DNA of 30,588 bases, from contig JAVKIH010000029.1 of assembly GCA_031459625.1 (NCBI GenBank), forward strand, positions 1 to 30,588, given 5' to 3'. The position numbers were made by a program, and so were the translations under genes. Shown in pieces: positions 9,484-21,519 of this stretch. This DNA comes from Candidatus Geohabitans tengchongensis (GTDB taxonomy: Bacteria > Sysuimicrobiota > Sysuimicrobiia > Sysuimicrobiales > Humicultoraceae). The first letter of the stretch is position 1. Every line of letters starts with the position of its first letter. The notes under the pieces were generated by a model. It saw only the letters and a program-made list of their open reading frames with translations. It was not told the origin of the DNA and searched no databases.

Positions 9484-10101
9484 GTGGCCGCGGCGGTTGC
9501 CGTCCTCGTGGTGGCCACGGTCCTGGTGCACGCCGTCTGGCTGGTCCGGCTCCCGGTGGCGGGACAGGTAGCCGACCCGGCGCTCCCCCTGGTCCTGGCT
9601 GTGGCCTTCCGCCGCCCGGCGTGGGGGCCGGTCGTGGGGGCGGCCACGGGCTTCCTGCAGGACCTCCTCTTCGGCGGGAGCCTGGGGCTGTTCACGCTGG
9701 CGAAGCTGCTGGTGGCGCAGGGGGCGGCGCTGCTGGCGCGCGGCGTGGTCATCGACCAGCCGCTCCTCCCCTGGGTGGTGACCGCCGCGGCCACGGTCGT
9801 CCACCAGGTGACGGTGGTGCTGGTCCTGCGGGTCGGGGGCCTCCTGCCGCTCGGCCCCACGCTGGGAGGGCCGCTCCTGGTCCAGGTCGGCCTCAACCTG
9901 GCCGCGGCCGTCCCGGCCTTCGCACTGGTCTACCGCATCCTCCGACCGCCGCTGCCCCCGATGCGCCGGCGGCTGGTCGCCCAGACGACGTCGGGTGCCT
10001 GGGGCCGGGACCCCAGGGCGGCTGGCCGTGTGGAGGACCGGCGTCCCACCGACCCCGGGGGCGCCGTCCGCCGGGCTGGAGGTCGTGTCGATGGCCGTTA
10101 G
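9484..10101 (+). CDS. mreD: Rod shape-determining protein MreD (with a hydrophilic C-terminal tail)
   Basis: Polytopic; GFLQDLLFGGSLG motif; lies between mreC and mrdA. Confidence 0.88.
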   Translation: MAAAVAVLVVATVLVHAVWLVRLPVAGQVADPALPLVLAVAFRRPAWGPVVGAATGFLQDLLFGGSLGLFTLAKLLVAQGAALLARGVVIDQPLLPWVVTAAATVVHQVTVVLVLRVGGLLPLGPTLGGPLLVQVGLNLAAAVPAFALVYRILRPPLPPMRRRLVAQTTSGAWGRDPRAAGRVEDRRPTDPGGAVRRAGGRVDGR

Positions 10102-11920
10102 GCGGCCGCCGGAGGTGGACGAGGATGCGGGGCTGCGCCTGGTGGCCTTGGGCGTGGTGACGGTCCTCCTCTTCGTCGTGCTCCTGGGGCGGCTGTGGCA
10201 GCTGCAGATCATCCACGGCCAGGAGTACCTCCAGCAGTCCGAGGAGAACCGCCTGCGCGACCTGCGCATCCCCGCGCCCCGCGGCGTGCTCTACGACCGG
10301 CGCGGCCGCGCGCTGGTGAGCAACCGCGCCGCCTTCACCATCTCGGTCCTCTCCATGGAGCTGCGCGATCCCGACCGCGTCCTGCCGCGTCTGGCGCAGA
10401 TCCTGGGGATGTCGGAGGCGGAGATCCGCGAGCGCCTCCGCCAGGGGCGCAGCCGGCCCTTCGAGCCCGTGCGCCTGCGCCGCGACGCGCCGCCGGCCGT
10501 CGTGGCCATGGTGGAGGAGAACCGCCTCGACCTGCCGGGGGTGATCGTCGAGGTCGAGCCGGTGCGCCACTACCTCGGCGGCGGGCTGGCCGCGCACGCC
10601 ATCGGCTACCTGGGCGAGATCAGCCAGGCCGAGCTGGCGCAGCCGGCCTGGCGCGGCTACCGCATGGGCGACCTGATCGGCAAGGCGGGCGTGGAGCGCG
10701 TCTACGACCGCATCCTGCGCGGGCGGGACGGGCGCCTGCGAGTCGAGGTGGACTCGCGCGGCCGGGCGCTCAGGGTGCTGCGCCGCGAGCCCTGGATCCC
10801 CGGGCGGTCGATGGTGCTGACCATCGACCGGGACGTCCAGGAGGCCGCCGAGGCGGGCCTGGCCCAGGAGGGCAAGCCCGGCGCGGTGGTGGCGCTGGAC
10901 GTGGCCACCGGCGAGGTGCTGGCGCTGGCCAGCTTTCCCGCCTTCGACCCCAACCTCTTCGCCGCCGGGATCTCGGCGCGGGACTGGCAGCGGATCAGCC
11001 GCGACCCCGCGCACCCGCTGCTGAACCGGGCCGTGGACACCGCCTACGAGCCCGGCTCGGTCTTCAAGGTGGTGACGGCGGCGGCGGCGCTGGCCCGCGG
11101 CACCGCCACGCGGGCGACGCGCATCCGCTGCCCGGGCGCCTTCCGCCTGGGCGGGTGGGTCTGGCGCGACCTGCGCGCCCACGGCACCGTGGACTTCACC
11201 ACCGGGGTGGCCCTCTCGTGCAACGTCTTCTTCTACACGCTGGGCCACCGCACCGGCGGAGAGGCGATGAGCCAGATGGCCCGGGCGCTGGGCCTGGGGG
11301 AACGGACGGAGATCGACCTCCCCTCCGAGACGGCGGGGCTCATCCCCGACGACGCCTGGAAGCGCCGCCACGTGGGCGAGCCCTGGTTCCCCGGCGACAG
11401 CGTGAACATGAGCATCGGCCAGGGGTGGGTGAACGTCACGGCGGTCCAGGTGGCGCGCATGATGGCGGCCATCGCCAACGGCGGCACGCTGGTGCGGCCC
11501 CACCTGGCGCGCGAGGTCCTGGGGAGCGACGGCACGGCCGTCCAGCGCTTCCGCCCGGCACCGGCGGGCCGCGTGGAGATGGCCCCGGAGGCCCTGGCCA
11601 CCCTGCGCGACAGCCTCCGGGCCGTGGTGGAGCGGGGGACGGGGCGGCGGGTGCGTCTGCCGAGCGTGAGCGCCGCCGGCAAGACCGGGAGCGCCGAGAA
11701 CCCGCGCGGCAAGCCCCACGCCTGGTTTGCCGTCTACGCGCCGGCCGACCGGCCCACAGTCGCCGTGGCCGTGGTGATCGAGCACGGCTTCCGGGGCGGC
11801 CTGGCCGCGGCCCCCATCGCCCGGCGCGTCCTGGCGGCGGCGCTGCGCATCCCGCTCCCCGACGAGGAAGCCGCGCCCGCTCCCCGCCTCCCCGCAGGCG
11901 CGCGAGGGGGCCGGCCATGA
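10091..11920 (+). CDS. mrdA: Penicillin-binding protein 2 (class B transpeptidase)
   Basis: RLWQLQI, APRGVLYDR, GKAGVE; SxxK (GSVFK), SxN (SCN), KTG motifs; GGAGG SD before ATG 10091. Confidence 0.96.
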   Translation: MAVRRPPEVDEDAGLRLVALGVVTVLLFVVLLGRLWQLQIIHGQEYLQQSEENRLRDLRIPAPRGVLYDRRGRALVSNRAAFTISVLSMELRDPDRVLPRLAQILGMSEAEIRERLRQGRSRPFEPVRLRRDAPPAVVAMVEENRLDLPGVIVEVEPVRHYLGGGLAAHAIGYLGEISQAELAQPAWRGYRMGDLIGKAGVERVYDRILRGRDGRLRVEVDSRGRALRVLRREPWIPGRSMVLTIDRDVQEAAEAGLAQEGKPGAVVALDVATGEVLALASFPAFDPNLFAAGISARDWQRISRDPAHPLLNRAVDTAYEPGSVFKVVTAAAALARGTATRATRIRCPGAFRLGGWVWRDLRAHGTVDFTTGVALSCNVFFYTLGHRTGGEAMSQMARALGLGERTEIDLPSETAGLIPDDAWKRRHVGEPWFPGDSVNMSIGQGWVNVTAVQVARMMAAIANGGTLVRPHLAREVLGSDGTAVQRFRPAPAGRVEMAPEALATLRDSLRAVVERGTGRRVRLPSVSAAGKTGSAENPRGKPHAWFAVYAPADRPTVAVAVVIEHGFRGGLAAAPIARRVLAAALRIPLPDEEAAPAPRLPAGARGGRP

Positions 11921-13095
11921 CGCCGGGCGGGCCGCGCGCGGGGGCCGAGGGGCGCGGGGCGCCCCGGGCCGTGAGCACCCTGGCGCTCGCCCCGCCGGTG
12001 CGCGACGGTCCCCGGTGGCGGGACCTCGACCTGGTCCTGGTGGCCACGACCGCCGCGCTCATCGCCTTCGGTTTCGTCGTCCTGGCCAGCGCCACGGCGG
12101 GGGCCGGAGACCCCCGCACCTACCTGCGGGCCCGGGCCCTCCACCTGGGCCTGGGCGTCGTGGCCCTGGCGCTGACCGCCCGGGTCGGCTACCACCGCCT
12201 GTGCGCGCTGTGGCGGTGGCTCTACCTCCTCACCCTGGCCCTGCTGGTGGCGGTGATGGTGGTGGGCGACGTGCGCCTGGGCGCCCAGCGCTGGATCAAC
12301 CTGGGCCCGCTCGGCGCCTTCCAGCCCTCGGAGCTGGCCAAGGTGACGCTCATCCTCACGCTCGCCCGCCACCTGGACGGCCGCAGACCGCCGGAGACCC
12401 TCTGGGGCGTCGCCCCCTACCTGCTCCACGTGGGCATCCTCGTGCTGTTGATCGTCCAGCAGCCCGACATGGGCACCGGGATGGTGCTGGTGGCCATCGC
12501 CGCCGGCATGCTCTTCCTGGCGGGCGTACGGCTGCGCGTGCTGGCCGGGCTGGCCGGGTTGGGGCTCATGGGGTTCCCCTTCCTGTGGAGCTTCCTCCAC
12601 GACTACCAGCGCCGGCGCCTGCTGGTCTTCCTCAACCCGGACATCGACCCGCTGGGCGCCGGCTACGCCCTCAACCAGGCCAAGATCGCCGTGGGCTCGG
12701 GGCAGCTGTGGGGCAAGGGGCTCTTCGCCGGGACCCAGAACCTGCTGCGCTTCATCCCGGAGCAGCACACGGACTTCATCTTCACGGTCGTGGGAGAGGA
12801 GCTGGGCTTCGTCGGCGCGGCCGTGCTGCTGGCGCTCTTCCTGGTGTGGCTGTGGCGCGCCCTGGCCATCGCCGCCGCCGCCCCGGACCGCCTGGGGCGC
12901 CTCGTGGCCGGCGGCGTGGCGGTGATGGTGCTCTTCCACGTCGTCGTGAACGTGGGGATGACGGTGGGGTTGATGCCCATCACCGGGATCCCCCTGCCCT
13001 TCCTGAGCTACGGGGGGAGCGCCCTGCTCAGCCTGTGCACCGCCACCGGGCTGCTGCTCAACATCGGCATGGGCCGCCGCCGCCTCCTGCGGTAA
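11917..13095 (+). CDS. rodA: SEDS-family glycosyltransferase RodA
   Basis: GAQRWI, FQPSELAK, QPDMGT, YQRRRL, IPEQHTDFIF, TGIPLPFLSYGGS; ATGA overlap with mrdA (alternative start GTG 11971). Confidence 0.96.
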   Translation: MTPGGPRAGAEGRGAPRAVSTLALAPPVRDGPRWRDLDLVLVATTAALIAFGFVVLASATAGAGDPRTYLRARALHLGLGVVALALTARVGYHRLCALWRWLYLLTLALLVAVMVVGDVRLGAQRWINLGPLGAFQPSELAKVTLILTLARHLDGRRPPETLWGVAPYLLHVGILVLLIVQQPDMGTGMVLVAIAAGMLFLAGVRLRVLAGLAGLGLMGFPFLWSFLHDYQRRRLLVFLNPDIDPLGAGYALNQAKIAVGSGQLWGKGLFAGTQNLLRFIPEQHTDFIFTVVGEELGFVGAAVLLALFLVWLWRALAIAAAAPDRLGRLVAGGVAVMVLFHVVVNVGMTVGLMPITGIPLPFLSYGGSALLSLCTATGLLLNIGMGRRRLLR

Positions 13096-13110
13096 CCTTT
13101 CGGATGGACC

Positions 13111-14790
13111 ATGGCCAAGGAGATCCTCGCCAGCGTCGAGCCGTCCGAGACCCGGGTCGCCGTCCTGGAGGACGGGACCCTGGTCAACCTCTTCATCGAG
13201 CGGGGGGAGCCGCTCGCCGGCAACATCTACAAGGGGCGGGTGGCCAACGTGCTCCCCGGCATGGAGGCCGCCTTCGTCGACATCGGCCTGGAGCGCAACG
13301 CCTTCCTCCACGTCACCGACCTGCGCAGCACGCCGCTCGCCGGGGAGGAGCTGGAGGAAGGGTTCGGGCGCGGGGCCATCGCCGAGCGCCTGCGCGTAGG
13401 CCAGGAGCTCCTGGTGCAGGTCACCAAGGAGCCGATGGGGTCCAAGGGAGCACGGGTGACCACCTACGTGGCGTTGCCGGCGCGCTACCTGGTGTTGATG
13501 CCCACGGTGAACTACGTGGGGGTCAGCCGCAAGATCAGCCAGGAGGGCGAGCGCAAGCGGCTGCGCCAGCTGGCCGAGCAGGTGAAGCCCGAGGGGATGG
13601 GCCTGATCGTCCGCACCGCCGCCGAGGGGGCCGGCGAGCAGGAGCTGCGCGACGATGTCGCCTTCCTCCTCGCCGTCTGGCGGCGCGTGACCGAGCGGGC
13701 GCAGGCGAGCAAGGCCCCGGCGCTAGTCTACCAGGACCTGCGCCTGATCCGTCGCGTCGTCCGCGACCTCTTCACCGAGGAGGTCAGCCGCTTCCTCATC
13801 GACTCCCCCGAGGAGTACCAGCGCGTCCAGGACCTCCTCGCCTCCATCGCCCCGGGGCTGCGCGGGCGGGTGGCGCTGTACCGGGGCGAGGAGCCGCTCT
13901 TCGAGGCCATGGGCGTGGAGAAGGAGATCGACCGGGCGCTGCGGCGGAAGGTCTGGCTGCGCAGCGGGGGCTACATCGTCATCGACCGCACCGAGGCGCT
14001 CACCGTCATCGACGTGAACACGGGCAAGTACGTGGGCAAGACCGACCTGGCCACGACCATCCTCAACACCAACCTGGAGGCGGTGGGGGAGATCGTGCGC
14101 CAGATCGTCCTGCGGGACATCGGCGGGATCATCCTGGTGGACTTCATCGACATGGAGGACCCCCAGCACCGCGAGCGCGTCTTCCGCGCCCTCACCGAGG
14201 CGGTGCAGGTGGACCGGGCCAAGACCCACATCATCGACCTCACCGCCCTCGGGCTCGTCGAGATCACGCGCAAGCGCGTCTACCAGGACCTGGAGGAGAT
14301 CATGCGCATGCCCTGCCCCTACTGCGAGGGGCGGGGGCGCGTGTTCAGCCCCGAGACGATGAGCCGCCGCGTGCGCCGGGAGGTGTGCCGGCTGGCCCGC
14401 ACCGGCCGGGCCGGCGCCTACCTGGTCGAGGTCCACCCGCAGGTGGAGGCGCTCCTCTTCAAAGAGGGGGACGCCTGGCTGCGCCAGCTGGAGCGCAGCA
14501 GCGGCAAGCGGCTGGTGGTGCGCGGGCGGGAGGGGATCCACCTGGAGCGGGTGACGGTGGTCGAGGCCGCCGACGTGGAGGAGCTGGAGCTCGGCCGCGA
14601 ACCGGCGGCGGCCGGGGGGCGGTCGCGGGCCATCGTCTGGCTCGACCGGGAGGCCGGGGAGGCGGTCGACATCGGGGAGGACGACGAGACCTACGAGGTG
14701 GCCCTCACCCTGGCTGCGCAGCCGAACCGCCGCCGCGACGGGCTCGTGGGCCGCCTGGCCCGCCTGCTGGGCCGGCGCCGGGCTCCGTAG
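13111..14790 (+). CDS. rng: RNase E/G family ribonuclease
   Basis: GNIYKGRV..VLPGMEAAFVDIG, VQVTKEP, IDVNTG, DIGGIILVDFIDM, Zn-link CPYC. Confidence 0.95.
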   Translation: MAKEILASVEPSETRVAVLEDGTLVNLFIERGEPLAGNIYKGRVANVLPGMEAAFVDIGLERNAFLHVTDLRSTPLAGEELEEGFGRGAIAERLRVGQELLVQVTKEPMGSKGARVTTYVALPARYLVLMPTVNYVGVSRKISQEGERKRLRQLAEQVKPEGMGLIVRTAAEGAGEQELRDDVAFLLAVWRRVTERAQASKAPALVYQDLRLIRRVVRDLFTEEVSRFLIDSPEEYQRVQDLLASIAPGLRGRVALYRGEEPLFEAMGVEKEIDRALRRKVWLRSGGYIVIDRTEALTVIDVNTGKYVGKTDLATTILNTNLEAVGEIVRQIVLRDIGGIILVDFIDMEDPQHRERVFRALTEAVQVDRAKTHIIDLTALGLVEITRKRVYQDLEEIMRMPCPYCEGRGRVFSPETMSRRVRREVCRLARTGRAGAYLVEVHPQVEALLFKEGDAWLRQLERSSGKRLVVRGREGIHLERVTVVEAADVEELELGREPAAAGGRSRAIVWLDREAGEAVDIGEDDETYEVALTLAAQPNRRRDGLVGRLARLLGRRRAP

Positions 14791-14793
14791 GAG

Positions 14794-15670
14794 GTGGGAG
14801 ACCGCCACCGGGACCTGCTGGCGGGGATCGTCTGCGTCAACCTCGCCACGCTCACCTGGGCCGGCAACCACATCCTGGGGCGGTGGCTGCGCGGCAGTGC
14901 CGGGCCGTTCACCATCTCCGCCATCCGCTTCGCCGTCGCCGGGGCAGTCTTCGCCCTGCTCCTGGCGCAGCGCCCCGCCGCCGACCGGCGCCTTGGCCCG
15001 GACGCCCGCCGCCTGTTGCTCATGGCCCTCGTGGGCGTCGTGCTCTTCTCCCCGACGCTCTACGCGGGGCTGCGCCTCACCACCGCCGTGAACGCCGCGC
15101 TCATCAACGGGTTGGGCCCCGTCATCACCGTGGTGCTGGCTGCCGCCGTCCTGGGCGAGCGCCTCACCGTGGCGCGGGTAGGCGGGGCGGTGGTGGGGCT
15201 GGCGGGCGTGGCGGCGATCGTCCTGGGTGGCCGGGGGGCCACTGGAGGAGGGAGCCTCGCGGGGGACCTCATCGTGCTGGCGGCCGTCCTGTGCTGGTCG
15301 GTCTACTCCCTCCTCGGCCGCGCCACGCTGCGCTCCCGCTCTCCGCTGGCGGCCACCGCCCTCCCCGTCCTGCTGGCCCTGCCGGTCCTGGCGGCGGGTG
15401 CCTGGTGGGAGGCCGGGCGCATCCCGCTGCGGCTCACCCCGCCGGCCGCCATGGCGCTCCTCGGGATCGGGCTCCTCCCTTCGCTCGTCGGCTTCCTGGC
15501 CTGGAACGCCGGCGTGCAGCGACTGGGGTCGGGCGGGGCCATGGTCTTCCTCAACACGCTGCCGCTGTACGGGGGCGCTCGTCCTGCGCGAACCCCTCGG
15601 CCTGCACCACCTCCTCGGGGGGCTCTTGATCGTGGTCGGGAGCCTCTGGTCGGTCCGCTCGCCGTCGTGA
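14794..15670 (+). pseudogene. EamA/DMT-family transporter with a frameshift near the 3' end
   Basis: Two EamA repeats. After ...VFLNTLPLY the G5 run at 15571-15575 shifts frame, and the expected last helix (GALVLREPLGLHHLLGGLLIVVGSLW...) ends at TGA 15670 in another frame. Could be an assembly error. Confidence 0.8.
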
Positions 15671-15712
15671 GTACCCGCCCGGACTCCGGACGATGTGCGG
15701 CGGTTCCGCCGT

Positions 15713-15742
15713 TTGACGGCGCGGGGAATGGCTGGATATAGT
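15713..15742 (+). promoter_or_regulatory. Sigma-70-type promoter of rplU-rpmA
   Basis: TTGACG (15713-15718), 18-nt spacer, TATAGT (15737-15742). Confidence 0.7.
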
Positions 15743-15804
15743 GAAGTGTTCGCGCCATCTGGCGGGCGAAACCGCCGGAAACCGGATGTCCCGGGAGGTT
15801 GACC

Positions 15805-18347
<2,543 letters not shown>

Positions 18348-18351
<4 letters not shown>

Positions 18352-18716
18352 CGGCGGCGAGCCGCGCCCGGGCCGCTACCGCGGCGGAGGCGGCGGAGGC
18401 GAAGGGGGCAGCGGACCTGGTGGTGCTCGACCTGCGCGGACAGACGCTCGTGACCGACTACTTCGTCATCGGCACGGCCACGAGCCGCGTGCACCTGCGG
18501 GCCCTGCGCGAGGGCATCGAGGAGGCCATGGCCGCCGCCCGCGTCCCCCTGCTGGGACGGGAAGGGGACGAGGCCTCCCAGTGGGTCCTCCTCGACTACG
18601 GCGACGTGATCGTCCACCTCTTCACCGACCAGACCCGCAACTACTACAAACTCGAGCGCATGTGGTCGCGGGCGACGGTGGTCGACGTGCGCGGCGAGGG
18701 CTCGCGACCGGCCTGA
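18348..18716 (+). CDS. rsfS: Ribosome silencing factor RsfS
   Basis: [46 protein letters not shown] overlap with nadD. Confidence 0.96.
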
Positions 18717-18726
18717 CCCTGCGGCG

Positions 18727-19164
18727 ATGGGCGAGCGGGCGGAACCGCAGCGCGTGGAGGCCCGGCAGTGCTTCATCTGCGGGCCGGACAACCCCATCGG
18801 CCTGCGCCTGCGCTTCCACGAGGACGGGGCGGGCATCGCCGCGGACTTCGTCCCCTCCGAGGCCTTTGTCGGCTACAACGGGCTCGTCCACGGCGGGGTG
18901 GTGGCCGCCGTGATGGACGACGCCATGGCCAACGTCTGGGCCCACCGGGGGCAGCCCGCCGTGACGGTGCACCTGTCGGTGAAGTTCCGCCGGCCGGTGC
19001 GGCCCGGCCAGCGCCTGCGCGTCTTCGCCGTGGCGCTGAGCGCCCGGCGCGGGGCCAGCCAGCGGGTGCGGGCGGTGGTGTCGCACGGTGACCAGGTGGT
19101 GGCCGAGGGCGAGGGGATCGTGCTGGTGGGTGAGCGGGCCCGCCTGGGGGCGAACGCGCCGTGA
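18727..19164 (+). CDS. PaaI-family hot-dog-fold thioesterase
   Basis: CFICGPDNPIGLRLRF, VHGGVVAAVMDD, VKFRRPV. Confidence 0.88.
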   Translation: MGERAEPQRVEARQCFICGPDNPIGLRLRFHEDGAGIAADFVPSEAFVGYNGLVHGGVVAAVMDDAMANVWAHRGQPAVTVHLSVKFRRPVRPGQRLRVFAVALSARRGASQRVRAVVSHGDQVVAEGEGIVLVGERARLGANAP

Positions 19165-19649
19165 CGCCCCGCGCGGGGGGCGCCATCCCCAACGTCGAGC
19201 GCATGGTGGCCGTGAACCGCCGCGCCCACCACGACTACCATATTGAGGAGACCCTGGAGGGGGGCCTCGTCCTCACCGGCACCGAGGTGAAGGCGCTGCG
19301 CGCCGGCCGGGCCAGCCTGCAGGAGGCCTTCGCGAAGGTGGAGGGCGGCGAGGTGTGGATCCACCGCATGCACATCCCGCCCTACGAAGCCGGGAACATC
19401 TTCAACCACGACCCGCTGCGCCCGCGCAAGGTGCTGCTGCACCGGCGGGAGATCGAGCGCCTGCGCGCACGGGTGGAGCAGCGCGGCTACACGCTGATCC
19501 CGTTGCGGTTGTACTTCACCCGCGGTCTGGCCAAGGTGGAGCTGGGCGTGGCACGGGGGAAGCGCGCCTACGACAAGCGCGAGGCCATCGCCGCCCGCGA
19601 GGCCGCCCGGCAGATCGCCAGGGCCCTCAAAGCGCGCCGCCGGCGCTAA
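19161..19649 (+). CDS. smpB: SsrA-binding protein SmpB
   Basis: NRRAHHDY, GLVLTGTEVKALR, NHDPLRPRKVLLHRREI, GKRAYDKRE. Confidence 0.98.
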   Translation: MTPRAGGAIPNVERMVAVNRRAHHDYHIEETLEGGLVLTGTEVKALRAGRASLQEAFAKVEGGEVWIHRMHIPPYEAGNIFNHDPLRPRKVLLHRREIERLRARVEQRGYTLIPLRLYFTRGLAKVELGVARGKRAYDKREAIAAREAARQIARALKARRRR

Positions 19650-19669
19650 CGCCGCTCTGCCTGGCACCC

Positions 19670-20584
19670 GTGTGGACTTTCCTCCTCATCCGCTCCGCAC
19701 GCGCGGCTGCTGTTCTGCTCGGCCTGTCGATTGTCGTCTTCATGAGTGTGCGGCTCATCCCGGGAGACCCGGCCCTCGTCTTTGCGGGAGACTACGCCAG
19801 TCCGGCCGTAGTCGCGCAGGTGCGGGAGCGCTTCGGGCTCGACCGTCCCTGGGTGGTGCAGTACGTCGTGTTCGTGCGCCGTGCCCTGGCGGGCGACCTG
19901 GGCGCCTCTGTCCGGACCGGCCAGCCGGTCATAGCCGAGATCGCTCCCCGCTACGCCCGGACGATCGTGCTCGCAGCCGCCGCCACCCTCATCAGCTTAC
20001 TGGTGGGCCTGCCGCTAGGGGTCCTGGCGGCTGTGCGCCGGGGTGGATGGGTCGACCGGGCGTCGATTGCCCTGGCTCTGCTGGGCGTCTCGGCGCCCAC
20101 ATTCGTCGTGGCTGTCCTCCTGCAGTACGTGCTGGCGGTGCGGCTGGGCTGGCTCCCTGTGACGGGCGGAGGGAGCCTGCGACACCTCGTCCTGCCGGCC
20201 GTCAGCCTGGGGGTCTTCCCGATCGCGGCGATCGCCCGCCTCGTCCGTGCCGGGCTCCTTGAGGTGCTGGGTGAGGACTACATCCGTACCGCGCGCGCTA
20301 AGGGGCTCCCTGAGGCGGTGGTGTTGGTCCGCCATGCCCTGCGACCCGCCCTCATCCCTACTGCCACGGTCGTCGCGGTGCAATTCGGGACGATGCTTGG
20401 GGCAGCGGTCTTCGCGGAAGCGGTCTTTGCCTGGCCCGGACTGGGGCGCTACCTGGTGCAGGCGGTGAGTGCCCGGGACTACCCCGTGGTCCAGGCGGCG
20501 GTGCTCGCCCTGGGGGCGACCTACATCCTGGCGAACCTGGCGGTTGACCTCCTCTACCGATGGCTGGATCCCCGGATCGCATGA
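19670..20584 (+). CDS. Peptide/nickel ABC transporter permease (DppB/OppB-like)
   Basis: RLIPGDPA, GLDRP, GDLGAS, HLVLPA, EDYIRTARAKGL, RHALR, FAWPGLG, RDYPVVQ, LDPRI; start GTG 19670 (MWTFLLIR). Confidence 0.93.
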   Translation: MWTFLLIRSARAAAVLLGLSIVVFMSVRLIPGDPALVFAGDYASPAVVAQVRERFGLDRPWVVQYVVFVRRALAGDLGASVRTGQPVIAEIAPRYARTIVLAAAATLISLLVGLPLGVLAAVRRGGWVDRASIALALLGVSAPTFVVAVLLQYVLAVRLGWLPVTGGGSLRHLVLPAVSLGVFPIAAIARLVRAGLLEVLGEDYIRTARAKGLPEAVVLVRHALRPALIPTATVVAVQFGTMLGAAVFAEAVFAWPGLGRYLVQAVSARDYPVVQAAVLALGATYILANLAVDLLYRWLDPRIA

Positions 20585-21459
20585 CGAAATCATCGGGTCG
20601 CCTCAGGCGACCCGGCCTGTGGCGCGCGTTGGCCCGTGACCGGGGCGGACTCGTCGGCCTGCTGCTCTGTACCGCTATCGTTGTCGTAGCGGTCGTCGGG
20701 CCCTGGGTGGTGCGGAGTGACCCGCTCCGGGTGAACCTCGAACGCGCCTTCGCGTCTCCGGGTACCTTCGGCTTGTTCGGTGCCGACCACCTGGGCCGTG
20801 ACCTGGCTGCCCGCTTGGTCTGGGGCGCACGGACATCGCTGCTAAGTGGAGCGGGCGCGCTGGCGATCGGGCTCGCCGTGGGCGTTCCCACAGGGCTGGT
20901 GGCCGGCTACCGGCGGGGGACAGTGGACGAGGTTGTCATGGCGCTTCTGGAGGTGCTCATGGCTTTTCCCGGCATCCTACTGGCCATCCTGGCCGTGGCA
21001 GTGCTGGGGGCGAGCCGCACGACGGTCGTCGTCGCCGTCGGCCTAGTGTCAGCCCCGCTCCTGGCGCGTGTCGTGCGCGGGACGACGCTGGCTCTGCGTG
21101 AGGCGGAGTACGTCCTGGCGGCGCGCGCCCTCGGCGTCGGAGAACGGCGAATCCTCTGGCGCCACATCCTGCCGGGTTGCCTCTCGCCGTTGATCGTCCT
21201 CTCCGTCTTGCGCCTGGGCACGGCGATCGTGACCGTTGCCGGTCTTGGCTTCCTGGGGCTGGGAGGCGATCCGGCGGTTCCCGAGTGGGGGGCGATGTTG
21301 AGCGAGGGGTTGGGTTATCTCCGCCGCGCCCCCCACCTCGCCTTGCTACCCGGCGTGGCCATCCTGCTCACCGTGCTCAGCGTCAACCTCTTCGGCGATG
21401 CCCTCAACGACGCGCTCAATCCCCGGCTCCGCCTGCGCGCAGGCCCACCGCCGTGGTAG
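20581..21459 (+). CDS. Peptide/nickel ABC transporter permease (DppC/OppC-like)
   Basis: FGADHLGRD, GARTSL, EYVLAARALG, RHILP, FLGLG, PEWGAML, NLFGDAL; ATGA overlap with the upstream permease. Confidence 0.93.
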   Translation: MTKSSGRLRRPGLWRALARDRGGLVGLLLCTAIVVVAVVGPWVVRSDPLRVNLERAFASPGTFGLFGADHLGRDLAARLVWGARTSLLSGAGALAIGLAVGVPTGLVAGYRRGTVDEVVMALLEVLMAFPGILLAILAVAVLGASRTTVVVAVGLVSAPLLARVVRGTTLALREAEYVLAARALGVGERRILWRHILPGCLSPLIVLSVLRLGTAIVTVAGLGFLGLGGDPAVPEWGAMLSEGLGYLRRAPHLALLPGVAILLTVLSVNLFGDALNDALNPRLRLRAGPPPW

Positions 21460-21519
21460 CCTGAGTGGTGTGTTGTGCCGGACGGCTGGACGCTCGACAA
21501 CAGGCGACAGGAGGGACGG

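Noticed and set aside
12015..15629. Very long alternative-frame and antisense ORFs (e.g. 12015..15629 +, 1049..3841 -, 7494..9896 -, 13723..16227 -, 7610..9451 +)
   Set aside because: Shadow ORFs expected in very GC-rich coding DNA. They overlap clearly recognisable genes and have Arg/Gly/Pro-rich or antisense-codon composition with no motifs.
19650..19700. tmRNA (ssrA) next to smpB
   Set aside because: Only 20 nt separate smpB from the next CDS, and no tRNA-like ends were recognised.
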